Positions 9,653 through 17,764 of a DNA stretch of 64,000 nt are shown here, one piece after another. Within the stretch, counting starts at the first letter, position 1; the number at the start of each line of letters is the position of its first letter. Source of the DNA: an uncultured Gemmatimonadales bacterium (GTDB taxonomy: Bacteria > Gemmatimonadota > Gemmatimonadetes > Gemmatimonadales > GWC2-71-9); the NCBI GenBank assembly GCA_963828735.1, contig CAWHFW010000002.1, forward strand, positions 352,001 to 416,000. Reading direction: 5' to 3'. The position numbers and the translations under genes are program-made. The notes under the pieces were generated by a model. The model saw nothing but the letters and a program-made list of their open reading frames with translations. It had not been told where the DNA came from and did no database searches.

Positions 9653-10687
9653 CTATTGGACCGGGTTGGCCGTGATGCTGATGACCAGGTCATTGAAGTC
9701 CGGCTCGCTGGTGCCGCCCACGCCATCGTCGAAAGACAGGGTCCACGTGGGGTACGCGCCGCTCACGTGCAGCGCTGGCGCGGTCACCTGGTTGGTCGCG
9801 CCGGAAATGACCTGCGCCTCCAGGTGCGTCCCGGCCTCGAACACCGCACCATCGCTCAGGTCGAACGCGCTGCCGACGTCCGGAGCGTAACAGCCGTCGG
9901 TGAACAGCGTCTCCGCTACCGGGGCCGTGATCTGGAACGAGTTGCCGTGCGCCAGGCACGACCGGCTCTCGAGCTTGACCGTCACAGTTGCATCGGCGTC
10001 GAGCACTAGGGCGCAGGACGCGAAGTGGCCCGTCCCGGGCGCGTCTTCGCACTGGAGCGAGGCTGGCGGCGAGACTGTGATCTCGGTGGTTTTGGAGCTG
10101 CTCAGCCCCTGGTTATCGGTGACCGTGAGCTTTGCCGCGTAGATCGTTCGTGTCGTCGCGTCATACTGGTGGGCCGGCGGGGCCGGGTCGGCGCTGCTCG
10201 ACCCGTCCCCGAACTCCCAGGCCCAGGCCACGACCGTGCCATCGGCGTCAGTGCTCAGGTCCTGAAAGGTGCAGCTCAACGACGAGCAGTTCACGGCGAA
10301 ATCAGCCGTGGGTGCGCCGTTCTGGGGCGCGGTCACCGTCACCGTCTTCGTCCGGGAGCCCTGGCCGCTCAGGTTGTCCGTAACGGTCAGTTTCACGCTG
10401 AAGTCCCCGCCGTTGGCGAACGTGTGGCTCGGGTTGTTGGTGGCGGAACCATTGCCATCGCCGAAGTCCCAGGCGAAAGTGGCCACCTGCCCGTCCCCGT
10501 CGCTGCTCAGATCGGCGAACGAGCACGTGAGGCCAGTGCACGAGCTCGCGAAATCCGCCGCCGGCGCCGAGTTGCCGCCATCGTCGGGGCCGCTCGAGTC
10601 CTTGCCACACGCCATAGCCGTGCTGAGCACCAACGGGGCACACCACAGGTACAGCGATCGGATTGGTCGCATAGCTCCTGCTCGCAT
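9653..10687 (-). CDS. PKD-domain lipoprotein (2 PKD plus C-terminal DDG..PDFNDLV domain); start may be 10672
   Basis: Lipobox AMAC; WDFGDG and WEFGDG, LTVTD; C-terminal FDDGVGGTSEPDFNDLV. Confidence 0.88.
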   Translation of the reverse strand: MRAGAMRPIRSLYLWCAPLVLSTAMACGKDSSGPDDGGNSAPAADFASSCTGLTCSFADLSSDGDGQVATFAWDFGDGNGSATNNPSHTFANGGDFSVKLTVTDNLSGQGSRTKTVTVTAPQNGAPTADFAVNCSSLSCTFQDLSTDADGTVVAWAWEFGDGSSSADPAPPAHQYDATTRTIYAAKLTVTDNQGLSSSKTTEITVSPPASLQCEDAPGTGHFASCALVLDADATVTVKLESRSCLAHGNSFQITAPVAETLFTDGCYAPDVGSAFDLSDGAVFEAGTHLEAQVISGATNQVTAPALHVSGAYPTWTLSFDDGVGGTSEPDFNDLVISITANPVQ

Positions 10688-10802
10688 GTTGGAGGAAACG
10701 GAATGGTGGAGGCGGCCGCCTACTCACCCGGCCGCTGGAGCGGCCCGCCGACGGTCCTCCGCCGGCGGGCTACTGCAGTTCCTTCTGAATCAGTCGGGCA
10801 CT

Positions 10803-11825
10803 TTACGGGACGACGGTTGCCTGCGCTGTCAAGACGATGTCGTTGAAGTCAGGCTCGTTTGGCTGCCCCATATTCCCACCATCGTCGATCTTGATCGTCC
10901 AGGTGGGGAAGGATCCTTCGAGCTTGACAGCGGGCGGCCCGCGGGGCGGATCCGTCGGGTCGCCGACACCCTGGGTGAATACGGCCTCAATCTGCGTGCC
11001 CGGATCGAACGCCCCGTTATTCGGGCCCGCGATGGTGTAGACCGTGCCAACTGGCTGCGTGCACCCGTTGGTGAAAACAATCTGCTCCACTGGCGCCGTG
11101 ATCTCAAACTGGTTGCCGGTGAACGAGCAGTCACGGCTGGTCAAGGTGATCGTCAGCGTGGCCTTCTGGGTAACGTCGAGGGTGCAATTCAGCAGCGTCC
11201 CGCCAGAGCTGCACTGGAGACTTGCCGGAGGCGTGACGGTAATCGTCTGCTGCTTCGCGTTGGTCCCACCCTGGCCGTCTGTGACCGTGAGTGTCACCGT
11301 GAAGTCGGTGACGACAGTGGCGCTGTAGGTGTGCGTCGGATTCTGATCGGTGGACGTGTTGGCTCCCGAAGCAGGCTCGCCGAAGTCCCATTGGTACGTG
11401 AGGGCACCCGCAGGGGTGCTGGCGTCGGTGAACGTGCAATCCAGCCCATTGCAGGTAACGGTGAAGTCCGCCGCCAGGCTCGGGGGGGCCGCCGAGACCG
11501 TCACCGGCTTCGTGACGGTCCCCGTGGCTCCGCCATTGTCCGTAACGGTCAACGTGACCTGATACGTGTTGGCGGTGGTGAAGGTGTGGGTCGCATTCTG
11601 GTCGGTCGACGCGGCGCTCTGGTCGCCGAAGTTCCAGCTGTAGCCCGTGATGCTCCCGTCGGAATCGGTCCCGGTACCCGAGAAGCTGCAGGCCACGTTC
11701 ACGGTACAGCTGGGAGCCGTAAATCCGGCGATCGGTACCGCGTTGGACGGCCCGTTAGAGTCGCCGCCGCAGGCCCCGAGGAGCGCCGTGCCGGCGACGA
11801 ACGTCAAGACATGCGAGAAGCGCAT
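10803..11825 (-). CDS. PKD-domain lipoprotein, tandem paralog
   Basis: Lipobox LGAC; WNFGD and WDFGE, LTVTD; C-terminal IDDGGNMGQPNEPDFNDIV. Confidence 0.88.
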   Translation of the reverse strand: MRFSHVLTFVAGTALLGACGGDSNGPSNAVPIAGFTAPSCTVNVACSFSGTGTDSDGSITGYSWNFGDQSAASTDQNATHTFTTANTYQVTLTVTDNGGATGTVTKPVTVSAAPPSLAADFTVTCNGLDCTFTDASTPAGALTYQWDFGEPASGANTSTDQNPTHTYSATVVTDFTVTLTVTDGQGGTNAKQQTITVTPPASLQCSSGGTLLNCTLDVTQKATLTITLTSRDCSFTGNQFEITAPVEQIVFTNGCTQPVGTVYTIAGPNNGAFDPGTQIEAVFTQGVGDPTDPPRGPPAVKLEGSFPTWTIKIDDGGNMGQPNEPDFNDIVLTAQATVVP

Positions 11826-11907
11826 AGTGTTGGTCCCAAGCCCCAGAGTTGAATGTGTTGTCACAGGGGGAACGCGGCCGTGCGTACTTCCACCGGCCGA
11901 CGGAAAG

Positions 11908-11923
11908 GCCAGACCCGTGCCAG
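11908..11923 (-). promoter_or_regulatory. sigma54 -24/-12 promoter
   Basis: Minus strand CTGGCACGGGTCTGGC, one mismatch to TGGCACG-N4-TTGC, about 85 nt before ATG 11825. Imperfect palindromes upstream (CCTGTC..GACAGG; TGTTAGC..GCTGACA) could be activator sites. Confidence 0.55.
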
Positions 11924-12118
11924 CGAGGAGCTGTCGTTAACGGCTACACACCCTGTCAGGGAAGTTCCGTACCGACAGGATGTTAGCGAGAGAATGCCGA
12001 AAAGCTGACACTTGGGCGGCCGAGCATCAGGTGTGGCGCCCACACCATACGGCCAGAGCCCAATCTCGATACCTCAGGGCTTCCCGTCGAGGGGTAGCCC
12101 GGTCGAACCACCCGCCGG

Positions 12119-12148
12119 TTGACGCGGTCGGCAGGTGCTAACTATTTT
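12119..12148 (+). promoter_or_regulatory. sigma70-type promoter of prs
   Basis: TTGACG-N18-TATTTT. Confidence 0.45.
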
Positions 12149-12162
12149 TGCGGGCTGTAATT

Positions 12163-13116
12163 ATGACGGACCTCTCGCTGTCACGCAGCCAAATGCTGCT
12201 CCTGAGCGGCTCGGGCAACCGCGCCCTTTCGGAGGAAGTGGCCGCCCATCTCGGGCAGCCCTTGTGTCAGGTCACGCTTCGGCGCTTCGCCGATGGCGAG
12301 CTGTTCGTCAAGATCGACGAGAACGTCCGGGGGCGGGACGTCTATATCATCCAGCCGACCAACCCGCCGGCCGAGAACATGATCGAGCTCCTGCTCCTCA
12401 TGGACGCGGCTCGCCGGGCCAGCGCGGCCCGGGTCACGTCGGTCATCCCGTATTTCGGATACGCGCGACAGGACCGCAAGGACCAGCCGCGGGTGGCGAT
12501 CAGCGCCAAGCTCATGGCCAACATGGTGTCGATGGCCGGCGCGGACCGGGTGCTGGCAATCGATTTCCACCAGCATCAGCTCCAGGGGTTCTTCGACCTG
12601 CCGGTCGATCATCTGTATGCGGCGCCGGTGTTCGTCAGCCACTATCGCCAGAAGCAGCTGCATGACCTGGTCGTGGTGGCACCGGACGTGGGGTCGGCCA
12701 AGATGGCCCGGGGCTTCGCCAAGCGACTCAACGCCTCGCTCGCGATCATCGACAAGCGGCGGCCATCGGCCAATGTGGCCGAGGTGCTGAACGTCGTCGG
12801 CGAGGTAGGCGACAAGGACTGCCTCATCCCGGACGACATGATCGACACCGCCGGAACGATGGCGGAGGCCGTGACCGCCCTCAAGCGGCTCGGTGCGCGG
12901 GACATCTACTGCTGTGCCACGCACGCCCTGCTCTCGGGGCCGGCCGTGGACCGGCTGATGGCCTCCCCGGTCAAGGAGGTGGCGGTGACGAATACGATCG
13001 GGATCCCACCCGAGCGCCGGTTCGACCGGCTGAAGGTGCTCTCGATCGCCGGACTGCTGGCCAAGGCGATCGGCTACACACACAGCGATCAATCCGTGAG
13101 CTCGCTGTTCGATTGA
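12163..13116 (+). CDS. prs: Ribose-phosphate pyrophosphokinase
   Basis: FADGE, PYFGYARQDRK, APDVG, DDMIDTAGT. Confidence 0.97.
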   Translation: MTDLSLSRSQMLLLSGSGNRALSEEVAAHLGQPLCQVTLRRFADGELFVKIDENVRGRDVYIIQPTNPPAENMIELLLLMDAARRASAARVTSVIPYFGYARQDRKDQPRVAISAKLMANMVSMAGADRVLAIDFHQHQLQGFFDLPVDHLYAAPVFVSHYRQKQLHDLVVVAPDVGSAKMARGFAKRLNASLAIIDKRRPSANVAEVLNVVGEVGDKDCLIPDDMIDTAGTMAEAVTALKRLGARDIYCCATHALLSGPAVDRLMASPVKEVAVTNTIGIPPERRFDRLKVLSIAGLLAKAIGYTHSDQSVSSLFD

Positions 13117-13187
13117 AGCAGGCAGAAGCCATCGCCCTCTCGGGCCGGTGACTCGTTGCACGTGACGTTACTCCAAGGATTGGGACC

Positions 13188-13859
13188 ATGGCACAACAGG
13201 CAAGTCTCCCCGTGAGCTCGCGCTCGGTGACCGGCAAGGGCGCCGCCCGCTCCCTCCGCCGCGAAGGCAAGGTGCCGGGCGTCATCTACGGGCACGGCCG
13301 CGAGGCGGAGTCCGTCACCGTCGACACGGCGACCCTCAAGAAAGTGCTCGTGGGGATCAGCGCGGCCACCGCGATTGTGGACGTGACCGTGGACGGGCGG
13401 GCGCCAGTCAAGGCGCTCATCCGCGAGATCCAGCGCGATTCCCTCCGCCCCGCCGAGATCATCCACCTCGACTTGTACGAGGTGCGCAGCGACGAGGAGA
13501 TCACCCTCCAAGTGCCGGTCCGCCTGATCGGCGTCCCGGACGGCGTGCGGAACTTCGGGGGCGTGCTGGACCACGTGCTCCGCGAGCTCGAGATCGAGGT
13601 GCTGCCGGCGGACATTCCGGAGCACGTCGACCTCGACGTCACGGCGCTCACTATCGGCCACTCGTTGTTCGTGCGCGACCTTCAGGTGCCCAAGGCCAAG
13701 GTTCTCAACGACCCCGACACGCCGATCTGCACGGTCGTGGCGCCACGGTCCGAAGAGGCGCCGGTGGCGGCGGCCCCCGAGGAGGTTGCGACGGCCGAGC
13801 CGGAGCTCATTCGGAAGCCGAAGGCCGAGGCCGAGGGCGAGACCGAAGAAAAGGCCTGA
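13188..13859 (+). CDS. rplY: 50S ribosomal protein L25/CTC
   Basis: GKGAARSLRREGKVPGVIYG, IIHLDL, GGVL; acidic tail. Confidence 0.96.
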   Translation: MAQQASLPVSSRSVTGKGAARSLRREGKVPGVIYGHGREAESVTVDTATLKKVLVGISAATAIVDVTVDGRAPVKALIREIQRDSLRPAEIIHLDLYEVRSDEEITLQVPVRLIGVPDGVRNFGGVLDHVLRELEIEVLPADIPEHVDLDVTALTIGHSLFVRDLQVPKAKVLNDPDTPICTVVAPRSEEAPVAAAPEEVATAEPELIRKPKAEAEGETEEKA

Positions 13860-13862
13860 GCC

Positions 13863-14429
13863 CTGCACGCGATCGTTGGGCTGGGCAACCCCGGCCCGGA
13901 GTACGACGGAACCCGGCACAACGCCGGGTTTCGATTGGCCGACCACTTGGTGGCTCGCTGGAAAGTGGGACCGTTCGAGCGCGGCGAGCGCACACGCCAA
14001 GCGCAGGGAACGTGGGATGGGCGCCCGGTACGAATTCTGAAGCCTCAGACGTACATGAATCGGAGCGGCGCAGCCATCGCGCCGCTCTGTGCGCTTCCGG
14101 GGTTCGAACCGGCGACGCACCTGCTGGTCCTGACGGACGACGTCGCCTTGCCCGTGGGGAAATTCCGGTTGCGCGGCGCGGGGTCGGCCGGCGGTCACAA
14201 TGGCTTGAAGAGCGTGGAGGCCGCGCTCCAGCGGCAAGACTATTCCCGGCTCCGCATCGGCGTCGGGCCCGTGCCCGTGGGCATGGAGGATCTCGCCGAC
14301 TTCGTCCTGGGGCCGCTCGAGCCCGAAGAGCACCAGGTGATTCAGGATCTCCTCGACCCGATGGCCGAGGCCGTGGAGTCGTGGCTCGGCGAAGGCATCG
14401 AGCGAGCGATGAGTCGGTTCAATCGATGA
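13863..14429 (+). CDS. pth: Peptidyl-tRNA hydrolase (probable CTG start)
   Basis: The frame extends upstream of the track start to CTG-CAC-GCG-ATC-GTT-GGG = xHAIVGLGNPG..TRHNAGF; also KPQTYMNRSG, GGHNG, RLRIGVG. Confidence 0.95.
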   Translation: MHAIVGLGNPGPEYDGTRHNAGFRLADHLVARWKVGPFERGERTRQAQGTWDGRPVRILKPQTYMNRSGAAIAPLCALPGFEPATHLLVLTDDVALPVGKFRLRGAGSAGGHNGLKSVEAALQRQDYSRLRIGVGPVPVGMEDLADFVLGPLEPEEHQVIQDLLDPMAEAVESWLGEGIERAMSRFNR

Positions 14430-14543
14430 GACGATGGGGTTCGCGAGCGTCTCGCGCCTAGCGTTTCCCACCCCGCTGGCCCGGTTCGGGCATCGCGCGG
14501 CCCACTCAGAACCCACCACCCCAGAACCTGCGACCCGCCTCCA

Positions 14544-15641
14544 ATGCTCCGCCTCGGCATCGTCGGTCTCCCCAACGTCGGCAAGTCCACGTTGTTCAAC
14601 GCCCTCACGTCCGCGAGGGCGCTGGTCGCCAACTACCCCTTCGCCACGATCGAGCCGAACACCGGCATCGTCCAGGTACCCGACGGGCGCCTGGAGGCCC
14701 TGGCCCGGATCGTGAGCCCCGAGCGGACCGTCGCGGCCACGGTGGAGTTCGTGGACATCGCGGGGCTGGTCAAGGGCGCGAGCGAGGGTGAGGGCCTCGG
14801 CAACCAGTTCCTCGCGAACATCCGCGAGGTGGACGCGATCGTCCACGTGGTCCGCTGCTTCGAGGACGACGACATCCAGCACGTCATGGGTCCGGTAGAC
14901 CCGGTGCGGGACCGGGAGGTCATCAACATCGAGCTCGGCCTGGCCGACCTGGCGAGCGTCGAAAAGCGGCTCGACAAGACCACGCGCGCTGCCAAGTCCG
15001 GCGATCCGCAAGCCCGACTCGAGCAGCGCGTGCTGGAGGCGGTGCTCGATGCCCTGGCCGCGGGCCGGCCCGCACGCACGGTGTCCCCGACCGATGAGGA
15101 GGCGCCGGCCTTTCGCGGTTTCAACCTCCTGACCGCGAAGCCGGTGCTCTACGCCGCGAACGTGGCCGAGCACGAGATCGCCTCGGGGAACCCCCACGTC
15201 GACGCGCTCGGCACCGCCCTCGCGCGCGACGGCGAAGTGGCCGAGGTCGTGACCTTTTCCGCCAAGGTGGAGGCCGAGCTTGCCGAGCTGGACCAGTCGG
15301 ATCGGGCGGACTTCCTGGAGTCGCTCGGCCTCACCGAATCCGGGCTGGACCGGCTCGCCCACGCCGCCTACCACCTGCTGGGCCTGCAGAGCTATTTCAC
15401 CGCCGGCGAGAAGGAGGTCCGGGCGTGGACCATCCACCGGGGCGACAAGGCGCCAGCGGCGGCGGGCGTGATCCACTCGGACTTCGAAAAGGGCTTCATC
15501 CGCGCCGAAACGGTGGGCTACGACGATTTCGTGCGCGTCGGCGGGTGGAAGCCCGCCCGCGAGCAAGGACTCGCGCGCGCGGAAGGCCGGGAATACGTCG
15601 TTCGCGACGGCGACGTGATGCTGTTCCGCTTTAGCAGCTGA
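14544..15641 (+). CDS. ychF: Redox-regulated ATPase YchF
   Basis: GLPNVGKST, NYPFATIEPN, DIAGLVKGAS, TGS domain. Confidence 0.97.
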   Translation: MLRLGIVGLPNVGKSTLFNALTSARALVANYPFATIEPNTGIVQVPDGRLEALARIVSPERTVAATVEFVDIAGLVKGASEGEGLGNQFLANIREVDAIVHVVRCFEDDDIQHVMGPVDPVRDREVINIELGLADLASVEKRLDKTTRAAKSGDPQARLEQRVLEAVLDALAAGRPARTVSPTDEEAPAFRGFNLLTAKPVLYAANVAEHEIASGNPHVDALGTALARDGEVAEVVTFSAKVEAELAELDQSDRADFLESLGLTESGLDRLAHAAYHLLGLQSYFTAGEKEVRAWTIHRGDKAPAAAGVIHSDFEKGFIRAETVGYDDFVRVGGWKPAREQGLARAEGREYVVRDGDVMLFRFSS

Positions 15642-15778
15642 GCAGGGCCGGTCCGGCGGGCGGTGGCGCCCTGGCAGATGGCGGCGCCACCCGGTCCTGA
15701 CCCCTCGGACCCGGACGTTGGCGGACCGACGACCTACCCTTATCATCGCTTCACGCCTATACTTCCCGCCTCACAACC

Positions 15779-15834
15779 CATCCTCCTCGGCGCCCACACC
15801 GGCCCGGGGCGACTCAGACCGAAGGAAGGTGTCA
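15779..15834 (+). promoter_or_regulatory. Putative S6:S18 ribosomal-protein leader (autoregulatory RNA)
   Basis: TCCTCCTCGG can pair with CCGAAGGAAGG (RBS); inner CGCCC/GGGCG stem; CCG just before the SD; TATACT just upstream. Confidence 0.6.
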
Positions 15835-16176
15835 ATGACCCGTCAGTACGAGGTGGTCTATATCTTCGACAGTGCGCTCGAAGAGGCCACCATCAACGAG
15901 CGCCTCGCTCGCTTTCACGCACTCATCCAGCAGCCGGGCGGTGAAGCCCCCCAGGTGAACCACTGGGGCAAGCGCACGCTCGCCTACCCCATCAAGAAGC
16001 ACGAGACCGGCTACTACGTCGTCGCCAAGTTCGACGCGGATGCGCTGGGCCTCCCCGAATTCGAGCGCGCGATCAAGCTCGACGACGGAGTCCTCCGGTT
16101 CCTCGTTGTCGTGAACGAGGGCGCGCAGCCCGTGCCGGTGACCGCCGGCAAGAGCGACGAGGAGGACGACGAATGA
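15835..16176 (+). CDS. rpsF: 30S ribosomal protein S6
   Basis: [25 protein letters not shown]. Confidence 0.96.
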   Translation: MTRQYEVVYIFDSALEEATINERLARFHALIQQPGGEAPQVNHWGKRTLAYPIKKHETGYYVVAKFDADALGLPEFERAIKLDDGVLRFLVVVNEGAQPVPVTAGKSDEEDDE

Positions 16177-16394
16177 GGCGGCCCCAGAAGACCTGCGCCA
16201 TCTGCGAGAGCGGCGTGCGGGTCGTGGACTTCAAGGATGAGCGCACCCTGTCGCGGTTCCTGACCGAGCGCGGCAAGATTCTGCCGAGCCGGCTCTCGGG
16301 TACGTGCGCCAGGCACCAGCGCCAGCTCAGCACGGCGATCAAGCGCGCGCGTCAGCTGGCGCTTCTGCCGTACATCAAGGGTTTCACCGGCTGA
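16173..16394 (+). CDS. rpsR: 30S ribosomal protein S18 (Zn-binding form)
   Basis: [34 protein letters not shown]. Confidence 0.97.
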   Translation: MRRPQKTCAICESGVRVVDFKDERTLSRFLTERGKILPSRLSGTCARHQRQLSTAIKRARQLALLPYIKGFTG

Positions 16395-17311
16395 GCCCGA
16401 AGCGCCCGCCGGGCTGGGGAGCGTTGCTGGCCCTGGCCGGCTACCTGCTCCTCGCTCCGCCGGTCTTCGTGTTCGGCCCGCTCGCCGGGCTGCTGCTCCT
16501 CTCGCGCCCGGGCACGGTGCGCGAGTGGCTGTGGCTCCTCGCGGGCGGTGCGTGGTCGGCGCTCTGGCTCCAGCAGGTCGGCGGCGTGGGGGCCCAGGTC
16601 ACACGTGCTGCGGCGGTGCTCCTCTGCGGGGCATTCCTCGCGCTCACGTTGTGGCAGCCTTCGAACGCCGTGGGCCGCGCAGTGGCGGCGACGGCAACCG
16701 CCGGCGCGGTACTCGGCCTCTGGATGTGGCGGCTCGGCATCGGGTGGTCGCGGCTGGTGTCAGGGGTGAACCAGGAGCTGTCGACCTACGAGTCCGCGAT
16801 GCGCGATCAGTGGCGGAGGGCCGGGGCACCCCAGGAGTTGATCGACCAGGCGGGGGTGATGGTGCACTCGGTATCTCAGTTCTACCCGGCGCTGCTGGCG
16901 CTCGCCGGGATCGCGGGCCTGCGGCTGGCCTGGTCGTGGTACCACCGGCTGGCCGTGCACCCGCTGGGGTCGCCGCCGGCGCCGTTCCGGACCTTCGCCT
17001 TCAACGATCAGTGGGTGTGGGGGTGGGTCGCCGCGATCGCGCTGGTACTCGTCCCGGTCCCCGAGCCCTTCCGGCTGGCGGGCGCCAACCTGCTCCTGGT
17101 CCTGGGCGTGCTGTACGCCGCGCGAGGCCTGGCGGTGGTCTTCGCCCAGGCAGGCGGCGTGGCAGGGCCCGTCGCCGCGGTCCTCGGGTTCATCGCGGTT
17201 TTCCTGTTGCCGTTCGTCGTCGGCGGGCTCACACTCCTCGGGCTCGCGGACACCTGGCTAGATTTCCGGCGTCGGCTCGCGACGCCGTCCACCGGAGGGT
17301 TCGATCGATGA
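16391..17311 (+). CDS. DUF2232/YybS-like membrane protein (start uncertain: CTG 16391 or TTG 16424)
   Basis: Multi-TM; C-terminal [13 protein letters not shown]; conserved position between rpsR and rplI. Confidence 0.8.
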   Translation: MSPKRPPGWGALLALAGYLLLAPPVFVFGPLAGLLLLSRPGTVREWLWLLAGGAWSALWLQQVGGVGAQVTRAAAVLLCGAFLALTLWQPSNAVGRAVAATATAGAVLGLWMWRLGIGWSRLVSGVNQELSTYESAMRDQWRRAGAPQELIDQAGVMVHSVSQFYPALLALAGIAGLRLAWSWYHRLAVHPLGSPPAPFRTFAFNDQWVWGWVAAIALVLVPVPEPFRLAGANLLLVLGVLYAARGLAVVFAQAGGVAGPVAAVLGFIAVFLLPFVVGGLTLLGLADTWLDFRRRLATPSTGGFDR

Positions 17312-17754
17312 TGGAAGTGATCCTGCGCGAGGACGTAACGACGCTCGGCAAGGCGGGCGAGATGGTGCGTGTCAAGCCCGGCTATGCCCGCAACTATCTG
17401 CTGCCGCAGGGCCTGGCCTTCGAGGCCACTGAGGGGAACAAGAAGCGCATCGCCGCGGAAACCCGCGCCCGTGGCGTCCGGAACCAGGCGGAGCGCGCTG
17501 AGGCGGAGCGCGCGGCCGCGGAGCTGAGCTCGGTCTCGGTGACGCTCACGGGCAAGGCTGGTGAAGAAGGCAAGCTGTTCGGATCGATCACCGCCCAGGA
17601 CATCGCCGCGGCGCTGGCGGCCCAGGGCCACCAGGTCGACCGTCGTCGCATCGAGCTCGAGCATCCCATCAAGACGCTGGGTCAGCATACGGTCGGGGTG
17701 CGGATACATCCCGAGGTCCACGCGGAGGTCCGTGTCTCGGTTGTCGCGGAGTAG
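17308..17754 (+). CDS. rplI: 50S ribosomal protein L9
   Basis: MEVIL..LGKAG..VKPGYARNYLLPQG, KLFGSIT. Confidence 0.97.
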   Translation: MMEVILREDVTTLGKAGEMVRVKPGYARNYLLPQGLAFEATEGNKKRIAAETRARGVRNQAERAEAERAAAELSSVSVTLTGKAGEEGKLFGSITAQDIAAALAAQGHQVDRRRIELEHPIKTLGQHTVGVRIHPEVHAEVRVSVVAE

Positions 17755-17764
17755 TCCGACCCCG

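Noticed and set aside
12101..12116. GGTCGAACCACC as an attR copy of the tRNA-Gln 3' end
   Set aside because: Short, needs two gaps to align, and there is no integrase; compatible with chance.
13147..13162. GGTGA-N6-GCACG CRP-like site before rplY
   Set aside because: Several mismatches to consensus; plausible by chance.
13857..13859. Selenocysteine recoding of the rplY TGA
   Set aside because: No catalytic context and no evident SECIS; L25 ends at its normal position.
13089..15746. Long antisense and alternate-frame ORFs (e.g. 13089..15746 -, 17669..19627 -, 23498..25402 -, 1500..3002 +, 60954..63167 -)
   Set aside because: Shadow ORFs typical of high-GC DNA. They overlap well-supported genes and have no recognisable motifs.
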